64,000 nt of DNA, from assembly GCA_965112155.1 (NCBI GenBank), contig OZ218103.1; one strand, given 5' to 3'. Both the position numbers and the translations under genes were made by a program. This document shows, one piece after another, positions 25,028 to 37,100 of this stretch (position 1 is its first letter; each line of letters starts with the position of its first letter). The DNA comes from Podarcis liolepis (taxonomy: Eukaryota). Below the pieces are notes generated by a model. The model saw nothing but the letters and a program-made list of their open reading frames with translations. It ran no database searches and was not told where the DNA came from.

Positions 25028-28000
25028 ATGTGCTCTAATACCACCCTCTGGAATGCCATCACTTGTGCTCCAGTGAGATCAAAGTTTCAAAATAGATCTT
25101 GAGATTGAAAAAACAGTAGCTCCAATATTTCATACTGAGAATGCCCTGGAAGTGGTAGTTTATGGCGCAAGGATAGTTGTGCGCCATATGTACCATTGAA
25201 AAATGAGAGTGTGCCCCTTTAGAAGAGAATAGGGAGAAAGACATTCATGTAACAAAAGTTTTCTGAAGGATTCTAATGACTGCAGGTCTTTGGACAAGCT
25301 GGAGGGGGTGGGAAGTTTGCTGAAAGTATAGTGACTATGAATCCTTCCTATGGTAGATCTCATCACACAATCTTGATAAATCTTCTAGGATAAAACTGGG
25401 AAAAAATGAGTGGAACAGAGATTGTCTACATCTTTATGACCATCTTTATTTTGAAAACATCCATTTTTGGATAAGTCATGGGATAAAGTCCAGAGTAGTT
25501 TGTAGATATTCAGAACTCTGTCCGTCCTGAAGCAGCATCCAATAGGTGCAAGTGTCATGGTTTCAGCTGCCCTGCCAAGAGAACACATTATATATAAGTC
25601 TTGCCAGATCAACCAAATTTCCAGGGGGTTTAGTCTCCTGTTTCTCCACAATGGCCAATAAGATGCCTCTGCTAAACAGCAGCGCCCCTCCTTGAATCAC
25701 AAAGCAGGCATGGGTAATACTTGGAAAGTGTGTCATGCCCTGACTGCTCTTAAACCTCCACAGCACAGCATTTTTCGTAATTGCCTGGTTAATAGGCAGG
25801 CACCTATGGTGGTCTGGATAAATGAGTTCAAAAGATGCTAGGCTTTTTATTCACCATCCCTTTAGTTTGTTAAAATGTTCTCCTATTTCTCAAGCTGCGA
25901 TGTTGACAACTCATCGTGCTGGGGGTTGTCTTCTCAATTCCTTCTGCAAAACCACCCCCTTTTGCAATCCTTCCAAATGTGCCATCTCCAAGGATGTCTT
26001 GTCACTGCCGCACTGTGAGAAATAAAATGTTTACATTAATTAATAACAATTTGGATGACATGTTAAATGTAGCAACACAACAAAGCAATGCCAAATTATT
26101 GCCCCCAATGGCGTGGTGGGAAAGCAAGTGAGGGTTTGTGCTTATTTACATAAAAAGGGATCAAAGTCTTTCTGCAGACTGACAACTAGTCCTCAATTCT
26201 CCAAGCACATAGGGTACTTCATGAGGATACTAGGGTAAATAAAGAAGATCAGCCCATTCACAGGATTAGAAATCGGGTCCTCTGCCTCTTGAAAATAAAA
26301 CCTTCAAAATTCAAGTGTAGCAAACACCAGAGCCTGAATTATGAGGGATACTTCATAGCCTGCTGAGTGTTTTGACATGTGAGTGGTACTTATTGCAGCA
26401 TTCTTCATTGCCAGTGGATATGTTTTTCATATTCTTAACATCTACTGTGATTTAATGGGTTGTCTAATCCACTGGTATACTCTGTCAGTCAAGTGTTTAA
26501 AGCTTTTGGGATGGTCTTAAGGGAGGGATTTCCGTATCTTGTTCTGATAGCCTCAGTTGTTGTGAGTGCTCTCTGTCTCTCATGTGGGAATAATGATGTA
26601 GCTGGATAGATGCAGGGAATAGCTCACGGAATGAATGGAAAGCAGAGACCTAAATATTATCTGCTGATGTGTACAATGATACTTGCTCAGTGACATAACT
26701 CTGGTCTTTCAACTGCTGCTGGTGGGAAAATGCCTGGGATGATAACTGAGGCTGTGACTTCAGCTTCCTGCAGCCACTTATCATGTAGTGAGATGAGTCT
26801 AGCCATGAGTGTTTGGCTGCAGACTCTTTATGGTCCAGAGATAACTTCTGAATGAACTATTAGCAGGCTCTGATTCTCATTATAGACCTCTGGTTCTGAT
26901 TTTGATTATCTGGAAAGTATCTTATCAATGCAAGGAGCTTACATAATACCCTTTTTTATGTACTGAATATCCCATTTCAATTCCAAATTTGAAAACAGCA
27001 ATGTTGAAGCCCTTTTTCACTGCCACTGTTTCTCCTGCATTCTGCTCTTCTCTGGATTAGTCATGGTGATGTTGTGCAGAGCTAGAAAAGAGAGGTGTTT
27101 TCTGACAGAGCTGATAAGGTTCCTGAGAAATGGTAAGTAGATTTGGCTCAGCCACTATATACATTCCAATATTTCTTGGGGCCTTTCTGGTAGGTAAAAA
27201 GAATGTTAAGGAAAAAACAGAAATATGGGGGCATTTAAGTACAACCATTAATACCAGCATGTCCAAGGATCTCATGAGCTCCTGTCCTGCTCACATATGC
27301 AGAAATCAAATGATCTCCAGTCCCATGTGGTATAACTCCTGTAGGTGGGGGCAAATAAAACAGGTTTACTAAGGTGTGAGCCTGCTTCTGTTTCCTTGCC
27401 AGATTGATAGAACCCTCTACTGCAAGATGCTGTTTGGGGGGTGTCAAATTGGAGTAGTGAATGCAGGGGGAACTAATCCATTACATCACTCCCACTGTAA
27501 CTGCACAGATTGTGAAGGGAAAATGCATTGCAACCTATATATTGGGTGTCATATAGCAAGGTAGCTTTAACACATGTTTGACAGAGTGCCATCCCTTATT
27601 CCTGCTCACACCTTACTTTGTGGCAGGAGGAGGTCTGCCATAGAATCCCATGCTTGGATGAAGGACACAGAACACATTTGTAGAACAGAAGCTTTTTCAC
27701 ACTGAATATTTTTTTCAAGGTGATGATTATATTGGTTGGCTTGCCAGCAACTTCATGCAACCACACAGAGCCTTTGATGAGAGCTATTACTGTGAAGCAT
27801 TCACTAGAGCTATGGAAGTCATAGCTCAAACATGCTGCATCTGGTATTCATAGGGCTGAAGGAGTTCCAGAAGTCTCTGGAAAAATCAGTACCCAAAACC
27901 GTTTCCCAGGGTTTTTAAAGCTTCCAAAGCCAGTAAGTATGAAAAAGGATACATGTGACTATACACACCTCTCCATCCTCCATCAGTCAAGTGAGAGTGA

Positions 28001-28099
28001 TTATCACAGTTCAGGAGGGTGTGGAGCAGTGCTGGTGAGGTGTGTGGCCTGGGGTGAGTCCTGAAGGCCATATAGAGAGTTCCAGTCCTCAGTCTAGGG

Positions 28100-28264
28100 A
28101 CTCAGCTACACAGCTGCAAATAAAACGTTTTAAATGTGTTGTAAAGTGCAATATACAAATGTGACACTAGATGGCAACAGTGAGCTATGTAAAATTCAAT
28201 GTATTTTTCAAAGTGTTTTAAAAAACCCATTTTTACAGTGTTTTTTTATATGTGTGTAGATTCC
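28100..28264. mobile_element. AT-rich MITE containing a CTCF-like motif
   Basis: Degenerate inverted ends CTACAC / GTGTAG. CACTAGATGGCA at 28165-28176. Confidence 0.4.
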
Positions 28265-29721
28265 ACCCAGGAGCCAAATTAGTCAACCTCTGAGAAAGGC
28301 TGCTTTCCAAAGCACTCTGGTTGGTACACACTCCCAGGTAAGTACCCTCTTAATGCTAAGTAGAAATGATGGAGAGATCCTCAACCCAAAGAGACTGAGC
28401 TGATCTATTTCTCTGTTGGACTTCTCTCTGACATCTTCTGATATAGCCCAATAGCTTCTTGGGGGCGATCCACGGGATTCTTTCAGACAGTGCTATTCTC
28501 CATTCCCCACAATATAAAGTTACCTTTCCTCCTTTCCAGGAGCTGGAGCTTTCCTGCTAGTCTGGAGGAAAGAGAGATCCCATCTGCTTAAAACATGAGA
28601 GCTCACTTTATCCTCTATAAAGTTATCTATGGTGGGAAAGGGGGCAGAGCATGATATTAATTAGCTCTGTGTTTCACAGAACCAGAATCAATGCTGGAAA
28701 GAATCCAACTTCTGTGATCCTACTGTGGAAATATGAGATAGTTCTTTATTCAAAGGCATTGTGTTTCTTTCCTCCCCATGTGTTCCTTCAGCTGCCTCCA
28801 AAACTGTGCCCTGGTGTAGTCAATTTCACATCTCCTTTGAATTTTGTGGTACTAAGGGTTGAGGCTGCAGTGAGGTAAACACAGCAAACTGGATCCCCAC
28901 CTTCAGTGAAGCTCCACAGTTATCAGTGCTGGGTCATGACTGAAGAGGGAATTGTCCTTATTGCTCAAGAAGAAAAACAACCCATCTGTACACCACCCAA
29001 CCCACAGCTGTTCTTATCTCCCACACATTCTTCAGATACTGTTTATTCACCACTGACATTAAGGCAGACTGGAAAAGGAAAGTAATCCTCTTCTTCTAGA
29101 TTCATTCATATACAGTTAGTCCACATCCCCTGGCACTAATCCTAATGATCACCATCTTCCATTAAAGAATGAAGGCTGTGCCAGAAATGACAGCTGGTGC
29201 CACTTGTTGGAAATCTGTCTTATGGCCACATCAGCATAAGTGGATGAAACAGGGGCTGTGAGGTCCTTGCAATGTGATGGGCAGCCAGCACTGGCTCACA
29301 CACAAACAACATGGATGTTTTTCAATGGAAATTCAAAGGTCACACACATCCCTAAAAGGAAAAGGTTGCTGACTCAATACCCTGGTGGTTCATCGGACTC
29401 ATTGACACATGACATTACCAAGTCCAGGAGCTAAGGAGGGGTCTTTTTCAACTAAATTGTTATCACAGCAGAAGCCAGTGCAAAGATGCCTGTTAGGGCA
29501 ACAGGACTTTCCATGCTGCCCTCCCCCCTGTGCCCCTGCCCCTCTAGGGTTGGGAGAACCCCCTGAATAGTGGAGGAGGGATGGAGATCATTCCACTAGG
29601 CAAGCAGAAATCTCCATGGTGCTATGCTGAATACAACTCAAAGACTGAACAATAGCAGTGAGTAGGTGTGCAAAATGAATGCCAAGCACATTAACAACTA
29701 CAGTAATCATGACAATAAATG

Positions 29722-30573
29722 TACCGTATTTTTCGCCCTATAAGGCACACTTTTTCCCCTCCAAAAATGAAGGGGAAATGTGTGTGTGTCTTATGGGGCG
29801 AATGCAGGCTTTCGCTGAAGCCTGGAGAGCGAGGGGGGTCGGTACGCACCGACCCCTCTCGCTCTCCAGGCTTCAGGAAGCTATCCGCTAGCTGTGGGAG
29901 ACCCAGCTCTCCCACGGCTAGCGGAGAGCTTGCCTGCACCCAGAAGCTTGGGGCGCGCTGAGCTCCGCACGCCCCAAGCTTCGGGATTAGCGCAGCGCTC
30001 CGCTAGCCCTGGGAGAGCCGCGGGGCTCTCCCACGGCTAGCGGAGACCTTGCCGGCACCCAGAAACTTGGGGCGCGCTGAGCTCCGCACGCCCCAAGCTT
30101 CAGGATTAGCGCATCACTCCGCTAGCCCTGGGAGAGCCGCGCGGCTCTCCCAGGGCTAGCGGACTGCTTGCCGGCACCCAGAAGCTTGGGGCGCGCTGAG
30201 CTCCGCACGCCCCAAGCTTCTGGATTAGCGCAGGGGTCCGCTAGCCCTGGGAGAGCCGCGCGGCTCTCCCAGGGCTAGCGGACTGCTTGCCGGCACCCAG
30301 AAGCTTGGGGCGCGCTGAGCTCTGCACGCCCCAAGCTTCGGGATTAGCGCAGCGGTCCGCTAGCCCTGGGAGAGCCGCGCGGCTCTCCCAGGGCTAGCGG
30401 ACGGCTTGCCGGCACCCAGAAGCTTGGGGCGCGCTGAGCTCCGCACGCCCCAAGCTTCTGGATTAGTGCAGCGCACCTGGGGGGGGGAATAAATTTTTCC
30501 CCCTTTATTTCCCCCCCAAAAAACTAGGTGCTTCCTATGGGCCGGTGCGTCTTATGGGGCGAAAAATACGGTA
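29722..30573. mobile_element. pogo/Tigger-type MITE, long form, with an internal palindrome array
   Basis: TA-CCGTATTTTTCGCCCTATAAG ... CTTATGGGGCGAAAAATACGG-TA. TA TSD; no transposase ORF. Confidence 0.92.
29884..30474. repeat. 119-bp minisatellite x5, each unit made of two palindromes
   Basis: CAGAA(G/A)CTTGGGG recurs at 29941, 30060, 30179, 30298 and 30417 (period 119). Confidence 0.97.
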
Positions 30574-33500
30574 GATTTCTTCCCTCCTTCTCTTTCCCTC
30601 CTTTATTTAACATGATATAAAGAACTATAACGAATATTACAAGCACCATACAAATCTCATCCATTCTGCAACACAGATGGCGTAAATACTTGTATTTCTG
30701 CTTTTTTATATACCTTATTTAAATTATTAATCATGATTGTTGGAAAGCCCATTGCATTTTTGGATATATTGAACTACTTTTATAATAACAAAACATAACA
30801 AAATTTCCTCTGGTTTATCTCATCCTTGATTTCCTTCTTCATTCTGTTTTGATTGATAGGAGCTTGAGATAGTGAGTTCATTTGATCCAAGTATGTTGCA
30901 AAGGTTTAGATTATCTCCTCTAGATCATCTCCTCTGCAATTGCTTTATAGGTCGTTAAAGAATCAAGTCCTTCCCACTGCCTGACAGTGCTTTCATATGA
31001 AGTAATATGAACAGGCCATGTAGCGTCTCCTTTGTTGTATTCATAGATACAACACTCATTTGAGCACATGCAATGAATGGATGGTGCAATGACTTAATGT
31101 TTTGATTACTGTCCAATAACTACATACCCTGAAGTGATGCGCTGAGTGACCTCTGTTCCTTTATTGTGGGGAAATGTTAATCCTAAAGTGTCCTGTGTCT
31201 AGCTTGCTTCTTGCTGACCTTGACCAGCACCTTGACTACATGTTGTGTGCTACGGTTTCCATGATGACTAACCTGCATTACTATCCATGCTGCCTAATAA
31301 TATGTCCTAGTGAACAAAATGGGGACTACGCCTGTAGACATACATAGGATTGCATTGTTAGGCTGCAATCACTTGAGAGTAAATCATTTCTAATTCTAAT
31401 TAGACATGTATTGTGCTGTTAACCTTTCAAGAGGAAGGTTCCAAACAAAAACAACCTTGGCAAGTTATTTCTGTATTGATTGTGCTAGTTATTAGTATGA
31501 CCATATTTATTAAAATTTCACGTGTTGAGTAAACGCTTGCTGGCTGATTGTCTCCAAAATAAATGTTTTGTAATAATCTTCTCCGACTAAAGCAATATAC
31601 CACTGCTGAGGCAGCCAAAAATAGTCCCTTGCCACCAATTAAAAAGCATTTCATTAGGTAATTTAATGAAACACTAATTATTAAACCCACATGGGTCTTT
31701 ATGATCCTCTCCCAGAAACTTGTTTACAAAGAAAACTATAACCAGCCCAGTGATCTTTAATATTTCAGCCATTGGACTGAACTTCAGATTAAGTGACCCA
31801 GATCAAGAGTAATCACGTTCTTCCAGCTGAGATTATTTTACCATTATTTATTTTGGGTGTTTATAATATTTCTTTTGAGTCATTAAAAGAAAAGTGCAAC
31901 TGGCATTTCATCTTGTGCTGCTGTTGCTTTCTACGTAGCTGTTGATGCGGGCAGATATTATCAGCTACAATCTCAGTTAAAGCATCCATGACTGATGGCT
32001 ATTCAATCTCTGCTTAAAAACCTCCAAGGAAGGAGAGTCCACATGTGCATAAAACAAAAAACACCCCCCCCCAAAAAATGCACTCTTATTCCAAGGAAAA
32101 CATGTCCAAGTAGCACTGCCCCCAAAAACCCCACTGCTCAGGGAAGTATCGGGCATGCAACTGTATTAGTTCAGTGGTGGCCAGACCAGATCTGGGTGAA
32201 AGTGAGCAAGACACTGTTCCCCAGCCCCTCATCCCAAATACGAACCATAACAAAGCTATCCACAGTTTGAGTGTTCTTATTCTGGCTCTAATTTGTTATT
32301 TGTCGGTCTTTTCCAACCTCAACCTCAATTCATCTGTGAAAAGAAAGAATGTCAAGCTCCAGAGCCATTCATAAAAAATGTTAATTGAGACCATACCTAA
32401 ATATCCACCCATCCTAGCCCGCTAAACTTGGCTCGCATCAGTTCCATCTACTGCTGCATCCTGTGCCTCTCAGCTTGTGTTTCCAATCCACAGGATAACA
32501 TCAATTTCCACACCAGCAGGAATTCATCTCAAAGGCAGAGCTTTTGCATGGCTTCCCAGTCTTAAAGCCCAATCAAATCGAAAATTTATAAGGGTATTTT
32601 AAATAACAGAAAACACCTCTTTGACAAAACAAAAGGCATCTGTTTAAAGGGACGCTTTATCCTCTTCCAGCTTTCAGTCAGAGGCACTATAAACTCAGCC
32701 AGGACATGCTTGTGTTCAGGTGATGGGGTGGAGGATGGAATAGTATGAATCAACCACACCTCCAGTTCAGCCATTTTAATAGCTTTTTTCAGTACAGTAT
32801 TCCCACTCAGGGTTGGAGGGGGTCATTCTCTCTGTTTGAATTAACATGTCAGTAGTGATTTAGCAAGAGCATTTCTAAGGAGATCCTGTCTCAGCCACAG
32901 AGCAAATGGAGCACGCGGGGCACCTTTGTAGCACAGCTCCAGAGGCCCTCTTTGCTGTTATTGACATTTCTTTGAATTTAACAAAGCAGAGGTTAATAAT
33001 GACTAAAGAGAATAGTTCAGACACAGGTTTGCATTTCGCTCTTTGCTTTTCTCTGCGTTTCCTTAGAGACGGGTAGGAAAGATCAAGAGATCCCTTTTGC
33101 TTGAATTGTCTTCCTTGTGCTTGCTGTAGCCTTAAATAATGACACCCGCCCCCGTTTCGTTAAGGTCCTGCTGTTGGAATTCGCAGAAACAGCAGCTTGG
33201 GGGGTATATTCTGCTTGGAACTGCTGCATTTTACAGCATGCAAGTAACTACTGCCTTAGCAAGGGAGACTGTTTAAGCACTGACATGCCTTCTCCTCAAT
33301 ATGGTCCTGAAAGTCTTTACTGGCCCCAAACTGTGCTTAGTGCTCTACAAATAAACTCTCTATAATCCTTTTCCCCAAAATGTAGGAGACTGCCTCCATC
33401 TAAAAGACTGCAAATGAAGAAATAAATGGTTACCAGGGGTGTCTGTGCCAAAAAAGGATGTCTAAATGGGATAGTATGTGTAAACATAATGGGCTGGATT

Positions 33501-33631
33501 CAACTAAAGAGCTGTGCTAACAGGAGCCAGCATGAGGCTTGCTAGTGCAGTGGGGTTTCCCTCTTTCTCCCTTCACAACTCCATGCCTCCTAAAATTGGC
33601 TTGTGGGGAAGGGGTCAGAAGAAACCCCGGA

Positions 33632-34258
33632 ACATAGAATGATAGAATTGTAGAGTTGGAAGGGACCACAAGGTTCATCTAGTCTAACCTCTTTCAGTGC
33701 AGGAATCTTTTGCCCAATGTGGGGCTTAACCCACAATCGTGACATTAAGAGACTCATGTTCTACTTGAAAATGATTTACAGATGGTATTTAACTCCAAGC
33801 AGGCTTGGATGTATAAGACTGAAATAGATAAGTGCTGGAGATGCCAAGAGAGAGAGGGAACGTTCTATCATATGTGGTGGACTTGTAAAAGGGTAAAAGA
33901 ATATTGGGAAATGATCCATAATGAATGGGGGGGAGGATGTTTAAAAGTACTTTCCCCACAAAAACAGAGTCCTTTCTGTTGGGGATTATTCAGACTGAAA
34001 TTCCCAGGTATCAAAAAAGCTTATTTATGTATGCTACTACTACGGCCCATGTTTTGTTAGCCCCAAAATGGAAAACGAGTGAGGTCCCAACCAAAGAAGA
34101 ATGGCAACTTAAGTTGACAGAATATACACATTGGTATAGTTTTTGTAAAATATGCAGGGATTTATGATATGTAAAATGAACCATGGAAAGAGAAGAAGGG
34201 AAGTCATTGACATCTTAAGGATGTATAAATATAAATGAGTACTTTAAATTGTAAAATA

Positions 34259-34309
<51 letters not shown>

Positions 34310-34350
34310 GGTATATATATGAATGAGTCTCATGTTCTACTAACTGAGCT
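33632..34350 (-). mobile_element. tRNA-Lys/CR1-tail SINE split by an L1 insertion
   Basis: Antisense CR1 tail and tRNA 3' half at 33632-33765; tRNA 5' part resumes at 34325-34350. Confidence 0.8.
33766..34324 (+). mobile_element. L1-clade LINE 3' fragment (ORF2 CCHC region) with an (AT)n tail
   Basis: KCWRCQEREGTFYHMWWTCKRVKEYWEMI and ESFLLGII..LFMYATT.A..LLA.KWK..EVPTKEEW. 17-bp TSD GAG(A/T)CTCATGTTCTACT at 33749-33765 and 34325-34341. Confidence 0.9.
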
Positions 34351-34609
34351 TGGGGAGAGGGGAGGCAAAAGCATTCCCTCATGCAAGCAGAAGTGATTGA
34401 GCTGACAGAGCCATTCATTTAGCACTCCTTTGCATTCCACCTTGGGTATTTTCCAGGGGCTCAATATGCTCTCTCTACACATCTAGCCCTGGTAATCCAC
34501 AGGCTCCAGCACTTGCCCCATGACCATCAGAACTGCAGACACTGGCACTCGTGGACCCAACGTGCATCATCCAAAATGTCATGCTATCATAGTCATCTCC
34601 CATGCACCA

Positions 34610-35000
34610 TTATTTAGTTTTTTTAAATTAAATGTATATCCCATCTTTCCTTCAAAAGGGGCCCCAGAATGGCAGACAACAAGTAACAAAAATAAACAGA
34701 AAACATCTCAAAAACAATTCCAGTACAGATGCAGGCTGGGAAAGAGCTCTGCTTAAAAGGCTTGGTGGAAGAGGACCGTCTTCAGTAGGCAGCAGAGACA
34801 ACAAGGGATGGAACATGTCTAATGCTTAAGAGGAGGGTATTCCAAAGGGTAGATGCCACCACACTGAAGACCCAATTCCTACATTGTGTGGAACAGGCTT
34901 TCTGGTAAGATGGTGTCTGCAGGAGATTCTCCCCTGTAGAGCACAGTGATTGATTGGGTATAAAAGAGATGAGATCTTTCAGGTATTCTGACCGCAAGTT
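34610..35000 (-). mobile_element. L2 LINE 3' end
   Basis: ORF 34782-34997 ...FSVVASTLWNTL..IR..PSL, followed by an L2-type tail. Confidence 0.75.
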
Positions 35001-36654
35001 GTATACATCAAAACTTAAGTAGACATTTACCAGTAAGTCCAGTGTCTAATTGACAATCAGTGCAATTTTTTCAGCAGCCAGTGCAATACTTTCTTATCTA
35101 GAAGCAATGACTAATGGAGGGAAATGGCTTTGAAAATGAGGGTCTGGAAATCTTTGGGGTTAATGCTATAAACCTGCAAAAAAACAACCCAAAAATCGTA
35201 CAGCTGTCCCATGAGTCATGCCACCGTCACATCTAGTCATAACCTGAATTGTGTCCATAAAGTGATAATAGAGCACAGATGGACATCTGTGGCCCTCCAG
35301 ATGTTAATGGACTCCAGCTCCCATCAGTGTTGTTTGGCATGGCCAATGCTCAGAGATGAAGAGAGGTGAAGTCCAACAACAACTGGAGGTTCACAGGTTT
35401 CCCAGCCCTGTAACAGAGCATTTATAGTACAATACTCTTGGTGACTCATCAATTTCAGGAGGAAGGCACCTGTGTTTTATCCAGCCTGAATTTTCTGGAC
35501 ACTCCTGATCAGATATAGGAAACACAAGCTTTCAAATAATTTAAAGGCTATCTGGAGCTTCCCATCATGCAGAGAAGGTGGAGCATGAGAAAAGCACTAC
35601 TGGCTGACTCTGCGCTGTGTGACCATAGGGAGACCTGCATCATGGTTGGGGAATGAACTGGGCTGCAGTTTATAATTCTGCCAAGCCTTTCACCTTCTCA
35701 AGCTCCAACATTCAATAACAAATCTTTTCTGAATTACACAGATGGAAAATAAATGCCTCTCCAAGTCTGAGGACTCCAGATATTTTAATTTTGAGAATTT
35801 ATTTATTTTTTTGCTTTCAAAAGAAATGCACTGGAAGGAAAGAAGGAGGCAAACGAGAATCATTGCCAAGGTAGTAAAACCAGCTGTCAAAAGTATTCCC
35901 AGAACATACTGCAGGAGCACCAATCACGGCCGCCTGAGGCCACTGCTGTGTTTGTTGTGGAGAGTTTTACTGCGGGATTGGAGGCTGGCCAGTTCAGGCA
36001 ACTCTGTGGGACAGGAGGCCCAGCATTTAGGGAACCTAAGACCAACCCTCTTCCAAAAAAACCCCTCGTATTAAACTTTCACCCCAGTCCTAGCCAGTAT
36101 AGCAACTGTTAGCTCATATATCACTCTCCGTATTAAGAAGGGCATCCTATAAACTTTTCAGTAAAACTGAACAGCTGTTGCCATGGAAAGGGCTTGCCTT
36201 TTTTGTTGGAAAGAAGCAGCTTCCATCTCTGGGTTTACAAGCAGGAAAGAAATCTGTTAGAGCAGAGATGGGGAAGAGGCATCCTTCTAGATGTTGTTGG
36301 ACTTGCCCTCCAACAAGTCTACAACCTTTGTCATGCTGGCTCATGCTGATGGAACCCATCAACAACTTATGATCATCCAGATGTTGCCAGACCACAACCT
36401 AGACCACCACTCTCATCTCACAAAGGCCGATCTAGGCACAGCACTGAAAGGAGAGCCTATCCTCTCCTCTTGCTTTTTCTTCTTGCTTTTTCTTACTGCA
36501 GTTCCTATTTTCTATATGTTTAAAATATTACAGAGCCAAGTGTGCCTGTTCAAGCCCTCTGACCTATTCTGTAATAAGCAATCTGTGTGATGAACCTGAG
36601 TTTCCACTTTTGCTTAGCAACAGAAGGGAAAACCATGTGGGATCAGAGCGAGGC

Positions 36655-37100
36655 CCACCTAATGTGGTATAGTGGTTAGTGTCAGACTAGGACCTGAGAG
36701 AGCAAGGTTCAAATCCCCACGAAGCTCACTGTACAGTGGTACCTCAGGTTAAGTACTTAATACGTTCTGGAGGTCTGTTTTTAACCTGAAACTGTTCTTA
36801 ACCTGAAGCACCACTTTAGCTAATGGGGCCTCCTGCTGCTGCTGCGCCGCCGCACGATTTCTGTTCTTATCCTGAAGCAAAGTTCTTAACCTGAAGCACT
36901 ATTTCTGGGATAGTGGAGTCTGTAACCTGAAGCGCATGTAACCTGAAGAGCATGTAACCTGAGGTACCACTGTACAGCTTTAGGTCGGTCTCTCTCTCTC
37001 TTAGTCTCACTACCTCTCAGGGCTGTAGTGAGGAAACATGAGGGGAGAATCGTGTATGCTACCGTGAGCATTCTAGAATATAAGGTAGGATATAAATATA
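36655..37100 (+). mobile_element. tRNA-derived SINE (Squam3/MIR-like) interrupted by a MITE
   Basis: TGTGGTATAGTGGTTAG (A box) and GGTTCAAATCCC (B box). The body resumes after 36974. Confidence 0.65.
36732..36974. mobile_element. Tc1/mariner MITE (CAGTGGTACCTC termini)
   Basis: TA-CAGTGGTACCTCAGGTTA ... TAACCTGAGGTACCACTG-TA, with repeated internal TAACCTGA motifs. Confidence 0.92.

Noticed and set aside
25130-25640. Possible very old DIRS or other reverse-transcriptase relic on the minus strand
   Set aside because: Only a faint resemblance to RT motifs; a profile search would be needed.
29884-30474. CRISPR-like array of palindromic repeats
   Set aside because: The intervening sequences are repeated rather than unique spacers. 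There are no cas genes, the context is vertebrate, and the array is bounded by transposon TIRs.
29722-30573. CpG-island gene promoter (also 1-229 and 49739-50094)
   Set aside because: CpG richness is confined to the MITE boundaries.
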